Of a stretch of 64,000 nucleotides of DNA, positions 1 to 14,432 are shown piece by piece; position 1 is the stretch's first letter; every line of letters begins with the position of its first letter. Source of the DNA: Octopus vulgaris (Eukaryota); assembly GCA_951406725.2 (NCBI GenBank), contig OX597834.1, positions 34,224,001 through 34,288,000 on the forward strand, given 5' to 3'. The notes under the pieces are model-generated. The model saw nothing but the letters and a program-made list of their open reading frames with translations. It was not told the origin of the DNA and made no database searches. The position numbers and the translations under genes are program-made.

Positions 1-3000
1 AGCCATTCATCAACACCTAGTTTCATCAGAGCCCACCAAATTACTGAACATGGTACATCAGGCCATGAGGAAATATAAACCTTGCTTGGAAATAGGTGAG
101 CATCAGTGACATGAAGGGCAGCCAGCCATGGAAAATCTACCTCAACAAACTAAATAGTATGGTCATGGCTGGAATGCTTTTGATCAAAGGTCTGCTCAAT
201 CAGAAGTGACCTGGACTTAAACAGCAACAGTAAAAACAATATCAAAACATCCTGTTTCCAAATAAGGTAATATTTCCTAGTGGTCAGACATGTTGTCTGC
301 AGAATACTGGCAATGAATGACATTCTTTTACAACAATCACATGATGTCAAAACAAGGAGACAGAAAAATGCACACTCACGTGTATATACATATATATGCA
401 TACACACACATCTAGAATAAGTTGTAACTTGCCTGAAGACCCCCATGCACCTACAGGTGAAACTCCAAGTAGCAAGAGACTGACTTCACCATAGGCGCAG
501 ACATGGCTGCGGTTTGAAGCTTGCTTTCCAACCACATGGTTCCAGGTTCAGACCCACTGCATGGCACCTTGGGCAAGTGTCTTCTACTATAGCCTTGGGC
601 TGACCAAAGCCCTGTGAGTGGATTGGGTAGATGGAAACTGAAAGAAGTCTGATGTATACATAGATATAAATATATATATAAGCAAAACATTCAAACACTA
701 AGATTTGAAATAATATGTCTCTACTGTTAATATCATCTGAGGATTGCAGGCACAATACCATTATATAGCTATGAATTGTAAATTTGCATGAAGCGTAATG
801 ATGCTTAAAAAGCATTCACCTGCTAGAAATAAGATCTAAAGTCTTAAATTAAGACTTTAGCTCTTATTTCTAGCAGGTGAAGACTTTTTAAGCATCATTA
901 CACTTCGTGCAAATTTATATATATATATATACACACATATGTATATGTTTGTCTCCCCCGCCATCACTTGACAACCGATGCTGGTGTGTTTATGTCCCTG
1001 TAACTTAGCAGTTTGAACCGATAGAATAAGTAATAGGCTTACAAGAAATAAGTCTTGGGATTGATTGGCTGCAGTCAAATGACTGAAACAAGTAAAAGAA
1101 TAAAATAAATACTATGGGACCAAATACTCTTTCTTCTAACAGTCAACATTCAAGGGACCAGATGGTTCTTATCTGACAATGATATAAATATAGAGTAGTT
1201 TCATTAACCACAAATCCATATGAATGGGCCTCTCAAGGTAAATAATGAAGTATTCCGTGTTCTAACACAACATTCATGTTAAGCTGGATATAAAGATTGC
1301 GTTTTGGCATTCACACTGCTTCTGTTGCTATTAATCATATAAGAGGGTGACCCAGGAAGGCATGAGCTGAAGTATTGAAGGCTGATCTTAAAACACTGAG
1401 CATTAAAAAGAAGATGACTAAGAAGCGAAACACCTGGCGCATTGCTGTACTCGAGAAGATCCATCTGCCACAGCAGAATTGATATCGGTGCTAGTGCCAG
1501 ATTAAAAGCATCCAGTTGGAGTGGTTGGTGTTAGGAAGGGCATCCAGCATTAGAAACCATGTCAGAACAGACATTGGAGCTCAGTGCAGTTCCTTGCCTT
1601 ACCAACTCTGGTCAAACTGTCTAACCCATGCCAACATGGAAAACAGAGGATGATAAGTATGTATGTATGTGTGATAAGGTTTCTTTCAGTTTCTGTCTGC
1701 CAAATCAAACTCACAAAACTTTAGTCAACCCAAGGCTATAGTAGAAGGCACTTGCCCAAGGTGTCATGCAGTGGAACTGAACCCAAAACCATGTGATTGG
1801 GAAGCAAGCTTCTTAATCATACAGCCACACCTGCAAATATAAGAACTGAAGTGCCACATGATGCTCAGAACATCTCTCAAATGTATCGGAACAATGTCAA
1901 CTATAAATAAGAAGGAAGGTAGGCTATTGAATTACAGGGTGGTTGTGACAGCAGCAAAAAGACGCATATGACCAGCTGTTTTGACTGTATTGTCAAAGTG
2001 GTGCTTCAAGAATCTTGATAAGCAATAAATAGCTCAGAAGTATCTTCTTTCTTGTTTCAGTCATTTGACTGTGGCTATGCTGGAGCACTTGCCAGAAGGG
2101 TTTAGTTGAGCAAATAGACCCCTGTTCTTATTTCTTTTTAAGGGTGTTATTTACTCTTTTGATCTCTTTTGCAGAATAGTAAGTTATTAGGGGTGGGGTG
2201 TAAAACAAACCAACACCAGTTGTGAAGCAGCCCACCATCTGAACGGGGTCAATGCCAGTACTGCCTGACTGGCTCCCATGCTGGTGGCACATAAAAAGTG
2301 CCCTCTACACTCTCGGAGAGGTTGACATTAGGAAGGGCATCCAGCTGTAAAAACCTTGCCAGATCAGATTGGATCCTGGTGCAGCTTCCTGGCTTGCCAC
2401 TCCTCAGTCAAACCATCCAACCTATGCCAGCATGGAAAGCAGATGTTAAACGATGATATGATGATAATATGTGTGTGTGCACACACACACAAATGATAGA
2501 CTCTTACATGGTACTCATCTACGAAATTCATTCACAAGGGAATGATTGGCCTGGGGCTACAGTAGAAGACATTTGCCCAAGGTGCCATGCAGTGGGACTG
2601 AACTTGAAATCCTGTGGTAGTAAAGTAAGCTTCTCAACCACACAACTAAGCTTGCATCTATCTGCAAGAGTCCAAAACAAGGTTTGATCCGATCAAAATA
2701 AAACCAGGGACCAGGCACTGAGATAAAACCAGAAATGCACTGAATACAAAAAACACAAAGCCAATGGTGAAGAGAGAGTAGTGTGAAACTAGGTTTGTTA
2801 GGAGAGGAAAATACATTAATCCTTTTTATATCAACCCACTTGAAACCACTTCTCATTCTAGGATACAAATTCCATTTCAAAGTGGTTAAGAATCATGCTT
2901 TCCAGCTACATGGTTTCATGTTCAGTCCCACCATGTAGCACAAGGGGCAAGTGTTATCTACTACAGCCATGGGCCTAACTAGACCAGAAAATGAAAATAA

Positions 3001-4212
3001 CCATTTGTGTGTGTGTGTGTGTTTGTCTTGACATCAAGTGACTGATGTATATGAATGTCATTCCTCTCCAATATTCTGCAAAAATGCATTCAGCCATGGG
3101 GAAATATTACCTTGCTTGGAAACAGGTAAGGAAGAGCATCCAGCTGTAGAAAATCTGCCTCAATAAACTCTGTCTGACACACGTAAGCATTGAAGAGCAG
3201 TCGTTAAAATAATGACGGTGAAAATGATCTAAATTAAAAGCTGCTATCAAGTAAAGTTACGTTCCAAACATGAAGCTTAATAATGACAAAGTTATTTTGA
3301 TAAATTCTTCATTATTTTCAAAATTAACTGCAACAAAAGCAGAGTATTTCAACAGAAATATCGTAACAAAAGTGCTGAGTGGGCGAACTCTAAAGCAGAT
3401 GGAAAAACTGAAGGATGATTATCATTATTAGTGGAAAGGTGTCAAGAATATGAAACAAAAAACACAAAGTGATCATCATCATAATAATTGCAGCAATGTC
3501 CACTTTGTCATGCCTCCATGAATTGGACAGAGTTTACCAAGGGAGATGTTTTATGGCTATGTGCCCTTTTTGCCACCAACAGTTGTTTTCAAGCAAGCCC
3601 CAAGGCCAGACATGTTTTTGCAGAATACTGGAAATAAACGACACTGTGTTATTCATTTACGAGTATCACACAATGTCAAGACAAGGAGACAAACATAGGT
3701 ACACACATACACATATGTTTATATGTACATACATGCACACAACTGGCTTCTTTCAGTTTCCATCTACCAAATTCACTCACAAGGCTCTGGTTGGCCCAGG
3801 ACTATAGTAGAAGACACTTGCCCATGGTGCCACACAGTGGAAGAGAACCTGAAACCATGTTGTTGGGAAACAGACTTCTTAAGCCCACAGCCATGCCCGT
3901 GCCTATTGAACACTATATTAATATCAACTTAAGGTTGCAACAGAGGGAAAACAGAAAACAAGAACTGTTTGATATTTCAGACAATAATCCTTTGATAAAA
4001 AAAGATGAGAAAAAACACAAAAAAAATATACATTTTGTGAATAAGTGGCTTATATGGTTGAAGGAAGATGGATGAACATTGAACTTCTTACTTCTTATTC
4101 CTTCCTAACAGCATTAAACTAATACCATAATCTATGCATTCTTTTGTTCCTGATAGCTTTACAGTGAATGTTATACCTTGCTGACAAAGGCCTAAATATT
4201 CTTGGATCAACT

Positions 4213-4431
4213 TACGAAGGGGTGCTGAAAAGTTCCTGGCTCTGGGTAAAAGAAAATACAGGAGGATCAGTTAATTATGATTTTATCCAACACATTCCCC
4301 TCTCAGATTCACACACTTATTGCAGCGGTCCTTCAGTTTTTCTAAGCCCTGTAAAAGAACTTGGAAGGCTGGGCCTCCAACCTGACCTTTCACAATATCC
4401 TTAAAGCCAGGAACTTTTCAGCACCCCCTTG
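4213..4431. mobile_element. Mariner-type MITE with ~28-bp TIRs; inverted copy at 25305-25524, TIR fragment at 46700-46735
   Basis: ggggtgctgaaaagttcctggct ... agccaggaacttttcagcacccc. Confidence 0.8.
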
Positions 4432-5749
4432 TGTGTGTGTGTATGTGCATGCTCTGCCAATCCCACCTTACACCCCTGCCTCCATGACCCAATCTCTTCA
4501 TCACTCACAGCATACTCTCTCCTAGTTTGCTTTCATCACATTATCTGGCCTTACATCTCTAGGATGCCCTCTAGCCTTTATAGTATCATCCATCGATTTT
4601 TTCTTACCCTTCTCCCTCACCATCCTTCTTCCCTGCCTCTTCATCAGCCCTTCTCCTTACCTCTACTTTGCCCCACTAGCTTCTCTCTTCATCAATGCTC
4701 TCATTTACTACCCCCTCTTCCTTTGCTTCATTTTCTCTCACCACTTTTCCACCTTCTCAATACCCCTACCCATCTTACCCCTTTGTTCTACCCTGAAAAC
4801 CACTACACCTCTCTTTTCTACATTAACTCTCCTGGGATTCCTTTCTACTCCAGTCTATTGCACCCAACCTGTCCCCTTTCTCATTACACTATCTGTCCAT
4901 ACTCGCCCTCATAATGCAGAATAGCCTAAGATCTCTCCCTAAACAACTCACCCTATCACCTTTCCATTCAACCCCCTCCTCTCTCAATAACCCTTTACCT
5001 CTCCTGTGTTCTCTGCTATACTCCTTCCCAATTAGTAATGATTTTCACTAGTGTTGGTGTAACTTTATAAGTGGACACATTATATAATCCATAAAGTGGT
5101 TGGCATTCAGAAGGGTATCCAGTTGCAGAAACCATGTCAAAGTAGACACTGGAGCACAACACAATCCCCTGACTTGTCAGAGCTTGTTGAGTCACCCAAC
5201 CCATCCCAGCATTGTATGTTGGACATTAAATCATGATGATGATTCTATATATAATTCTATTTTTGCTGAACATGCACATAACTTAATATCATTTTCCAGC
5301 TGACATATTTTCCATCCACATTTCCCACTCGTAAATATTTTATCTCATGTATCACTAAGTGAATTATGATATCCGTGAAGATGAGTAATGATAAAGAGGA
5401 ATGTTTTTTTACGTTTCAGTCATTAGGCTGTGGCGCACCACTTTGAAGAATTTTTAGTCATATGGACTGACCCCAGTGCTTTTTTTCTCTAAAGCCTAGT
5501 ACTTATTCTACTGATCGCTTTTGCTGAACCACTAAGCCATGGGGACATAAACACAGCAACACCGGTTGTCAAGTGGTGGTGGGGGACAGACAGACACACA
5601 CAATGGATTTCTTTCAGTTTCCATCTACTAAATCCATTCACAAGGCTTTGGTCAGGCCAAGGCTATAGAAGACACTTGCCCAAGGTGCCATGCAGTGGAT
5701 TGAACCTGAAACCATGTGGTTGGAAAGTAAGCTTCTTCATTTCATTATA

Positions 5750-6127
5750 TTAGCTATAGCAGTAGCGGCTAGGTTTGGGAAATAACTATAAGCATTTTTA
5801 GAGAGTTATAGCCAAAAAATAGCAAAAAAATGGAAAAAAATGATGGTAAATATTTTTTTGAGAGTCAAAAAAGGATGGAGTTGCGTCCCCTAGACAGTTT
5901 GTGGTTCGTGTTTCCGATTCTCGACCCCATGTCGAATTTATCGATTTTTTTCAGAACTGGGGAAACTTTTCAAAATTTTCGCTAAGTTAGTTTTGAATTA
6001 TGACATTGGGCTATGTGTGTGTCAAGTTTCATCAGAATCGGTTGAAAGCCGTGGTCGGGGTGAGGGTACAAGCAAACAGACACACAGAAACACGCACAGA
6101 CAAACTGCCGTTTATATATAGAGAGAT
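5750..6127. mobile_element. Probable Helitron-related non-autonomous repeat
   Basis: aagtttcatcagaatcgg motif, (acag)-like repeat and tttatatatagagagat end; CpG-rich, so likely young. Confidence 0.4.
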
Positions 6128-6721
6128 GAAAGCCATACACAGATGGAGAAGCTACGGGCTGGACACAGACATTAATGAGATGAGATGAATGATGAACAGG
6201 ATGATATTAATGAGAGAAGGCTAAAGACGCCCGCCAATCTTTGCTTCTCTAAAACATTGTTCTTTTGTAAGCTTCTTACCACACAACCGTGTCTGTTGAG
6301 AAATACACAAATACACACACTTCATCTTCAGGATTTTTAGTGTTCACTTTTCCATGTTCACATGGCACCTAAGGCAAATATCTTCTCCTACAGCCCTAGG
6401 CCAACCAAAACCTCATCAGTAGATCTGATAGATGGAAATTGAAAAGAGCTTGTGTGTGCGTACGCATCAGAGTATGTTTTGCATCTTCTTATCATCACAT
6501 TAGGTGATTGTCGTAAATGAGTGTCACCTTCATACAAGCAGTGTCATTCAATTCCAATATTCTAAGTAAACATGTCTGGCCTTAGGGAAATATTACTTTG
6601 CTACAAAACAGATAAGGTTTGGCAACAGGAAGGGCACCCAAGTGTAGGAAAATCTGCCTCAATAAAACCCTGTCCAATTCATATAGGCATAGAAAAGTAG
6701 ACATTAAAAATGATGATTATG

Positions 6722-7481
6722 ACAGGTGGCACGTAAAAAGCACCCACTACACTCACGGAGTGGTTGGCGTTAGGAAGGGCATCCAGCTGTAGAAACATTG
6801 CCAGATAAGACTGGAGCCTGGTGCAGCCTTCTGGCTTCCCAGATCCCCGGTCGAACCGTCCAACCCATGATAGCATGGAGAACGGACGTTAAACGATGAT
6901 GATGATGATGATGAACCTATGCAGTACTATTTTGGTTTATTGAAATGAGACAGCTGACCCTTCAGCATTCAGATTACTCTGTCAAATGCAATCTTTATTC
7001 ACATTGTTTTGAATTAACCATGCATTGTCATGTGGCTTTGAGATTTCAGTGGAGTGATTGTTCATTTTTAGAATGACATTGTAGAGTACGTGTGAGAGGC
7101 TGAATCTGGTCAGTTCAAATGCTAAAGAGTTAATCACTGAAAGAGCAAAACAGCCCAAAAGACTGTTGACACTGTGAATTACACAAACAGGAAGAATAAC
7201 ACACAAATATACTACATAAAAAGCACTATCCGACTCGTGGCCGATGCCGGTGGCACATAAAATACACCAATCCGACCGTGGCCGTTGCCAGCCTCGCCTG
7301 GCACCTGTGCAGGTGGCATGTAAAAAGCACCCACTACACTCACAGAGTGGTTGGCGTTAGGAAGGGCATCCAGCTGTAGAAACATTGCCAGATAAGACTG
7401 GAGCCTGGTGCAGCCTTCTGGCTTCCCAGATCCCCGGTCGAACCGTCCAACCCATGCTAGCATGGAGAACGGACGTTAAAC

Positions 7482-7513
<32 letters not shown>
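6722..7513 (+). mobile_element. Two young, nearly identical (GAT)n-tailed SINE copies (6722-6915 and 7215-7513); family also at 2255-2465, 18478-18712 on -, 21380-21548, 25750-26162
   Basis: ggttggcgttaggaagggcatccagctgtag...acccatgctagcatggagaacggacgttaaac(gat)n. Confidence 0.85.
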
Positions 7514-7514
<1 letters not shown>

Positions 7515-8049
7515 AGGAAACATGAAATATCTGAGTTCCCTTGTAGGACCCCTAGACGTTTCAGTGACCTCTCACCTTCTCAGTCAGCGTTGAACTAAAG
7601 ACAGTTGGTTACTTGTTTAACCACACAATATATAGTAATTGTTGACATAACAAACGACTTGTCTATAACTCACCCATGAACAGATAATGAGATGATGCAG
7701 TCTACGAATATACATGGATGTATATCAATGAAAAATAACGACTGTCACAGAACGGTTGTAAAAATTCTTGACTTATAATGTAAACAAATACCTCAATAGA
7801 TGAACTCATGCATGTTTGAGTTGATATGCATGAATGCACAGGTATATCTGTGCATCTCTCTCTCTCTATATATATATTTATATATAGACACACACAACAC
7901 TCTACCCCTGTCCTCTGGGTGTGTTTAGTAAAATTCACTCTATTACTAGAATTCTAGTCAGCTTCCTAGTTTGAAAAAACTGTACTTTCCTCTACCTTCC
8001 ACATGCCTCGGAGACCCTGAAAAGGGTCTCAGGGAACTTGACCGTCTCT

Positions 8050-8091
<42 letters not shown>

Positions 8092-8099
8092 CATACACA

Positions 8100-8988
8100 C
8101 TCGTGGAAACAATACATACACACACACATTTCGGTCATTGACTTGTGACAAATAACTGGAGGTTGATAACATCGCTCTCACTCCGCCTAGTACGCATTTT
8201 GACGATAGCTATTTGTCGTACAGCTGTGAAACGAAATAAAGGGACGTAACATGAAAAACACCGGTTTTGAGACCGGTGTAGCAGAAATACACACACATAC
8301 ATTTATGTAGGTATTTGCGTGTGTACAATTTCCGTCTACTAAATTACACTCACAAGGTAGTTTGTCAAATCGAGGCTATAGTTGAAGACGCTAACGAGAG
8401 ATGTCGCGTAGTAGGATCGAACACCGATCCACGTGGTTGCAAAGGAAACTTCTTAGGCACACAGCCACGATTGCACCCATATATGTATGTGTATATACGT
8501 GCATGTGATTTCATATATATAAACATATATGCATACACACATGTGGATTTATAAATACACACAGATTATGTATGGCGCTTATTCTGTTTCCTCTCCCCTA
8601 ACCGTGACGACCAAAACCCTTTTGGTGATGGTGGGGAAACGAATAAACGCCGAATTGTAACATAAATTATATTTAACTCTAGTTCATTATATTGAGTGAT
8701 CTTTCATGACATGTGAACGTCACTTCATATATATATAGACATATACACTATAGATATATATATATATATATAGTGTGTATAATAAAAAAACAGTCGAGGT
8801 AATACAAAATTAATTAAATATACGTAATGCGATGTGTATCTGTATATATGTCTGTGTGTGTGTATATATATATATGTGTATATATATATATACGTGTGTG
8901 TGTATAGATATATGTGTGTGTATAGATATATATTTATGTGTGTATAGATATATATTTGTGTGTGTATATATATATATGTGTGTGTATG

Positions 8989-9025
<37 letters not shown>

Positions 9026-9096
9026 ATATATATATGTGTGCGTATATATATATGTGTGTATGTATATATATATATATATATTTGTGTGTGTATATA

Positions 9097-9139
<43 letters not shown>

Positions 9140-9152
9140 ATATATATGTGTG

Positions 9153-9230
<78 letters not shown>

Positions 9231-10160
9231 CGTACACATTAATTAATGTAGGGGAATATGAAGTCAAACACACATAGATGCATCAGAATATAACAGAACG
9301 TTCATAATAAATGGGGGAAAATATATTAACGTCTTAATAAACCCGAGGAGATATGATATAATGAGTGTATTTTACACTCTATCTCGCCTCCACCACCACG
9401 ACACTATCACTAGTGATATATAGTATTTCTAAATCCTGCTACTGCCACCATCACTACTACTACTACTACTACTACTATACGGACATGTTCGTGTTATTAC
9501 ATATCAACTCGCATACTAATGTCCTTCTATATAAACACATAGAAACACTAACAAAAGGCTACTAACCCGTCGACACCACTAATAGCTAATAGTGTTCCTT
9601 TTAATAATATCGGTAGGTCGAGCTTCGCAAGGACTTTCTATCATACTTCATCTATGGCAATATTTTCTTCTAACTATTATTATTGCCATCGTGAAACATC
9701 TAATTAAAAAATAACCCCGATTTATCGTTAGAAACTACCAAACGGGTTGATTGAAACCAAAGATGATCTATACAAATACACATATGAATATATAAATGTA
9801 TATATAAAAAATTAAATTTTGTTTGAAAAAATCACAGTAAGTTTGATTGTATTAGTTTATCTACTATTTAGTGTCCAAACTGTTTGTAATTTGAATAAAA
9901 GTATGTTTTGTTCAACTTTAGTATTCTAAAATAATCAATATTGTGAAAGAATTCACCGGTGTTTTCAAGAGGCGATAATATTGTTTCGGTAAGTAGAAAC
10001 GTTAAGAGGTCTGTGTTCCTGAGCGATCTTCCTAGTCATCATTCACCATTATCTTCATATATCATTGTAAATTAAATTCACATCTACTCAGTGGCCACTG
10101 AGCATGAAAACTATTCGTTATTTCAGCGACGATGATTTTCAACAAGTGCTTTGGGGGGCA
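8100..10160. promoter_or_regulatory. CpG-retaining region, likely unmethylated promoter / 5' UTR exon region of NDOR1
   Basis: CpG visibly more frequent than in gene bodies; the SINE at 8325-8475 keeps its CpGs; candidate donor cg|gtaagt at 9988; NDOR1 coding exon 1 starts with an acceptor, so an upstream UTR exon is expected. Confidence 0.5.
8830..9232. repeat. Compound (TA)n/(TG)n microsatellite
   Basis: Direct reading. Confidence 0.95.
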
Positions 10161-11002
10161 ACGAGGTCATTTTCTCACATGCTATGGATATTTATTAATA
10201 GTACAGGATAAGGCAGAGCAGAGCAGAGCAGTAGCTGTTGTTATATGTAATTTTATACTGCATAGATATATATCACATGTTGGACTTATATAAATATATA
10301 TAGTTTTAAGATACATCTCATAGATGCCCTCAGATGCGTCATCAGAAATATTTCTGGAGTCTAAGTGGTTCAGGTCTTTCAGCATCAGATTCTCTTGCCC
10401 AGTTCACCCGACCGGGGCTCATCAAGTCCCAGGAACACCAAACCCCGGTCCTGCACTGAAAATAGTTACCGAATTAAAAGAAGTCTGAGCACTTAATTAA
10501 TACCAGTAATTTAAAGCCCAGTCAGATTTTGCTTAAAGAAACGCCCTAAAAAACCTCGACAGCCCTCGTCAGTTTCCTTGCAAGGTGACTTAGCCCCAAT
10601 TTCTGCTCTTCCCTATCAACTATTGATATTTTGCAAGCTTCCTCTTTATGTTTCTCCCAAGGCGTAGTCAATTACCAAGTGATGGCTTGTTTGGTAGAAT
10701 TTGAGATCACTATAACTGCAGAACTGTATCCCTCCATCGACTTTGTTTCCTCATAACTTTCTGATTAATGGACATTTTAATATAAAATTTTCCACAAATA
10801 CACGTCAAACAGTGCAGATTACGATTGCCTCAGAATTTCATTGGATGGGCGGGTGGGGAATTCACATGCCTCATCAAAACGTTTGTGGAAAGAAAGTGGG
10901 TGTGCCTGAATTATCCGACCCCACACAAATTATTTTTTTCATGTCAAATTCCAAATTCAGCATAATCTACTCCATCTGAAATATGTTTGTAAAAGCTTTT
11001 TA

Positions 11003-11033
<31 letters not shown>

Positions 11034-11036
11034 GGT

Positions 11037-11428
11037 CAGGAGTGGCTGTGTTGTAAGTAGCTTGCTTACCAACCACATGGTTCCGGGTTCAGTCCCACTG
11101 CGTGGCACCTTGGGCAAGTGTCTTCTACTATAGCCTCGGGACGACCAAAGCCTTGTAAGTGGATTTGGTAGACTGAAACTGAATGAAGCCCATCGTATAT
11201 ATGTATATATGTGTGTGCGTGTATGTTTGTGTTTGTCCCCCAAGCATTGCTTGACAACCGATGCTGGTGTGTTTATGTCCCTGTCACTTAGCGGTTCGGC
11301 AAAAGAAACCGATAGAATAAGTACTGGGCTTACAAATAATAAGTCCCGGGGTCGATCTACTCGACTAAAGGTGGTGTTCCAGCATGGCCACGGTCAGATG
11401 ACTGAAACAAGTAAAAGAGTAAAGAGAT
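11037..11428 (+). mobile_element. Near full-length tRNA-derived octopus SINE (family with dozens of copies, e.g. 500-660, 16320-16440, 26385-26530 on -, 56755-57162 on -)
   Basis: B-box-like ggttcagtcc, conserved body ggcaccttgggcaagtgtcttctactatagcc, internal (TA/TG)n, tail gactgaaacaagtaaaagag. Confidence 0.85.
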
Positions 11429-11446
11429 ATATTGGCACTAACATTT

Positions 11447-11479
<33 letters not shown>

Positions 11480-12019
11480 AAAATGGCTGTTGGTGAATTT
11501 GAATATTCAGCTTGAAAGAATAAATATGTTAATGCTAAATTGTTTTTATATATAACTTCATATAAAACAAACAATATATCATCATCATCACCATCATTGT
11601 TTTTCTGGCTGCATGGGCCAGACAGAATTTATCAAGGAAAATTTTCTGCAGCCGGCTGCCCTTCTGGTTACTTGCTCTTATTCATTTCCAAGCAAGGTAT
11701 TTCCTTGGACATGTTTCCTTTGAAGACTGAAAATGACTAACCCTGCTTATATAACAGTGACACACATCTACAACCATTACACAATGTGTAGAAGTGGAGA
11801 CACATGTACACAAACATACACATGCATACATATATTTTAGTGTCTGTCTACCATATCCCTTCACAGGGCTTTGGTTGACCCAGAGCTATTGTAGAATGCA
11901 CTTGCTCATGTTACCATGCACTGAGACTGAATGAACCAGAGACCAAGTGTTTGGAAAGCAAGCTTCTTAACCACACAGCCACACTTATACATACAGTACT
12001 TTTCCACCACCTGCACCAC

Positions 12020-12930
12020 CTTTTGCCTCACAGTCAGTACTCAGAAGACAGATGCCGTGTATGAACCTGCCCTGCAGAAGCTGTATGTGGAAGCAAAAGG
12101 AAAACCCTGAAGGTTGTTGATAAATTCACCTACCTTGGCAGCACACTTTCCAGATCTGTGAACTTTAATGATGATATATGCATTGCCAAGGGAAGCTCAG
12201 CATTTGAGTCTATATGAATCAGTGTGGGAAAGGTGAGGTATTAGGTTGGTCACTAAACTGAAGATGCACCAAGCAGTTGTACTGCTTACACTACTGTATA
12301 CTTGTGGGACTTGGACAGTTTATGAACACCACACCAAAAAACTAAACCACTTCCACATAAATTGCTTGAGAAAGCTGTCAAAAATCACCTGGCAAAACAA
12401 GGTCTCAGACATAGAGGTCCTCTCTTGAGCTTATCAGCCAAGCATTTACACATTGCTGAGGCTGAGGAGAGTTCAAATTTAGTGTGCATGCCACCTCATT
12501 CAAATGCCTGATGCATGACTCCCCAGGAGATTGTTTTACAACAAACTGGTGGAAGGTAAAGGCATGCAAGGTGAACAGAAAATGTACTTCAAAGATATAC
12601 TCAAAGCCTCATTGAAGAACTTTGAGATCAACCCCAACATCTGGGAAATACAAGCCCAAGACTGTCCTGCCTGACAAACCTACACCAATAGAGGTTCCAC
12701 CTACAATGAGGACAGGCTTGTTGGGGTACATAGAAAATGTGAAGTGTGCAAGTCCAGAGCCAACTTCACCCCTTCACTCCCTGTAGACCACCAGTGTGTG
12801 TCCTATGGTGGAGCCTTCCAAGTACACCTCAGATTGATCAGCCATAGCCAGGTGCACTGTGCCCTGTTTTCTTCTCCCAAATGATGTCCTTGGTCATTGT
12901 CAACGACAGATGAACTAATAATAATAATAT
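12020..12930 (+). mobile_element. Degenerate 3' half of an RTE/BovB-like LINE
   Basis: Remnant motifs VVDKFTYLGS, LLYTCGTW and FHINCLRKLSKITWQNKV; C-terminal zinc-finger remnant; (aat)n tail; stops and frameshifts. Confidence 0.8.
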
Positions 12931-13580
12931 ATATGTATGTTTGTTTTTATGTACATTATTCCATGCTACCCTAGGTGAGACAAATACATATTACTAAGGT
13001 ATTATTTTGAAGTTGAATGCCTTTTCTGTCTCTAATCCTATTGAAATCTAGAGGACAAAAAAATATCTGCAATAGACAGTTGACATAACTGTCAAGAATT
13101 TAGCACTTAAAAAGCAACTCTTCAGTAATCCAGAGGATAAAGACGAAGATAATTTCTATGACAATGTTTTTACGTATATCTGCCATCATCGTCTTTGTTT
13201 TAACATTCACTTTTCCATGCTTACATGAATTGGGCAGAAATTGCTGAGACAGATTTTTCTACAGCCAGATGCTCTTGTTGCCAATCCTCACCTGTTTGTA
13301 AGGAAGGGAATATTTTCCCTTCACCAGACATGTTTTCATAGAAGATTGAAAATGGACACAGCTTGCATGATGGGTATTCCTGTTTATAACTATCACAAAA
13401 ATCAAGGCAAGATGACAGCTCCCTCTCCTATGCACATGTGCACACACATATATGCATATACATACAACAGGCTTCTTTCAGTTTCTTCTTATCAGAGCCA
13501 CTCACAAGACTTCTGTTAGCCAGGGTCCATAGTAGAAGGCACTGAACCCAAAATATACATATCTGTCTATTTTTCTATCT

Positions 13581-14432
13581 ACAGGGTGTGGTGGGTAAAT
13601 TGTTGCCATTTTATATATTTAATATCATGCATGCACATTGTTTGTCTTTGATTTTGTCAACTATACAGTATAGTAGAGTCAGTTGGGCACCATCTGTGAG
13701 AAAAAGAGGACCCTGATGCAATTCACTCTACCAGAAATTTGGAAACGACATGATGTACTGCTTGGCGTTCATGCCAGAAGCTCCAATAGGTACATTTTAG
13801 AGTGTTTGGGCATCAATCTGAGGACATGTACTGAAAGTGATAAAAATCAAATATCCAGTCAACATCAAGGTGTTTGGAATGACAATTAGTGATGGAGATG
13901 TTATACCTCCGTTCATCTTCCTACACAGCCTCAGACTCAATACAGAGGCCTACATCAAGTGCCTAAGAGGAGGTAGTGCTGCTCTGGGTCAAGAGGGTGG
14001 CTGCTGGAACACCCTATGTCTGGCAACAGGGCTCTGCACCATGCCACACAAGCAGGAGAACCTAGTCATGGCTGTCAGTCAATTTCTGCAACCACATCAA
14101 CCCTAACATCTGGCCACCTAACTCCCCAGACTGCAGCCCCCTTGATTATTGTGTGGGTGCAGTTGAGCGAGAGACCAGCAAAATTCCTTGTAACACGAAA
14201 GATGAACTGAAGGCAAGGATTATGGTAGCATTCACCAACTTAAACAAGGAAACTATCCAGAAGAGTTGCAAGAGATTCTGAAGCTGTCTGGAGGCTGTGG
14301 TTGAAGCCAATGGTGATTTTATTGAATTTCAAGATATTTTTATGTAACTTTGGTAAATATATCTGTTAAAATGAGATGCCATTGTTATTTTTTTTTTTTG
14401 CGTAATTTAGATGACAGTTTATTCATCACACA
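13581..14432 (+). mobile_element. Degenerate, internally deleted Tc1/mariner element
   Basis: TA-cagggtgtg...catcacac ends; transposase remnants VFG..ISDGDVIPPFIF, WQQGSAPCH and WPPNSPDCSPLDY across frames. Confidence 0.8.

Noticed and set aside
4429-4914. 161-aa Pro/Leu/Ser-rich ORF
   Set aside because: Pyrimidine-rich low-complexity sequence without splice or homology support.
8725-9277. Overlapping YI/CV-rich ORFs
   Set aside because: (TA)/(TG) microsatellite.
10380-10740. Possible minus-strand exon containing GCRGF
   Set aside because: More like a decayed RLE-type retroelement end; stops present; too weak to call.
11037-11110. tRNA gene suggested by A/B-box-like motifs
   Set aside because: Head of a multi-copy SINE; no cloverleaf.
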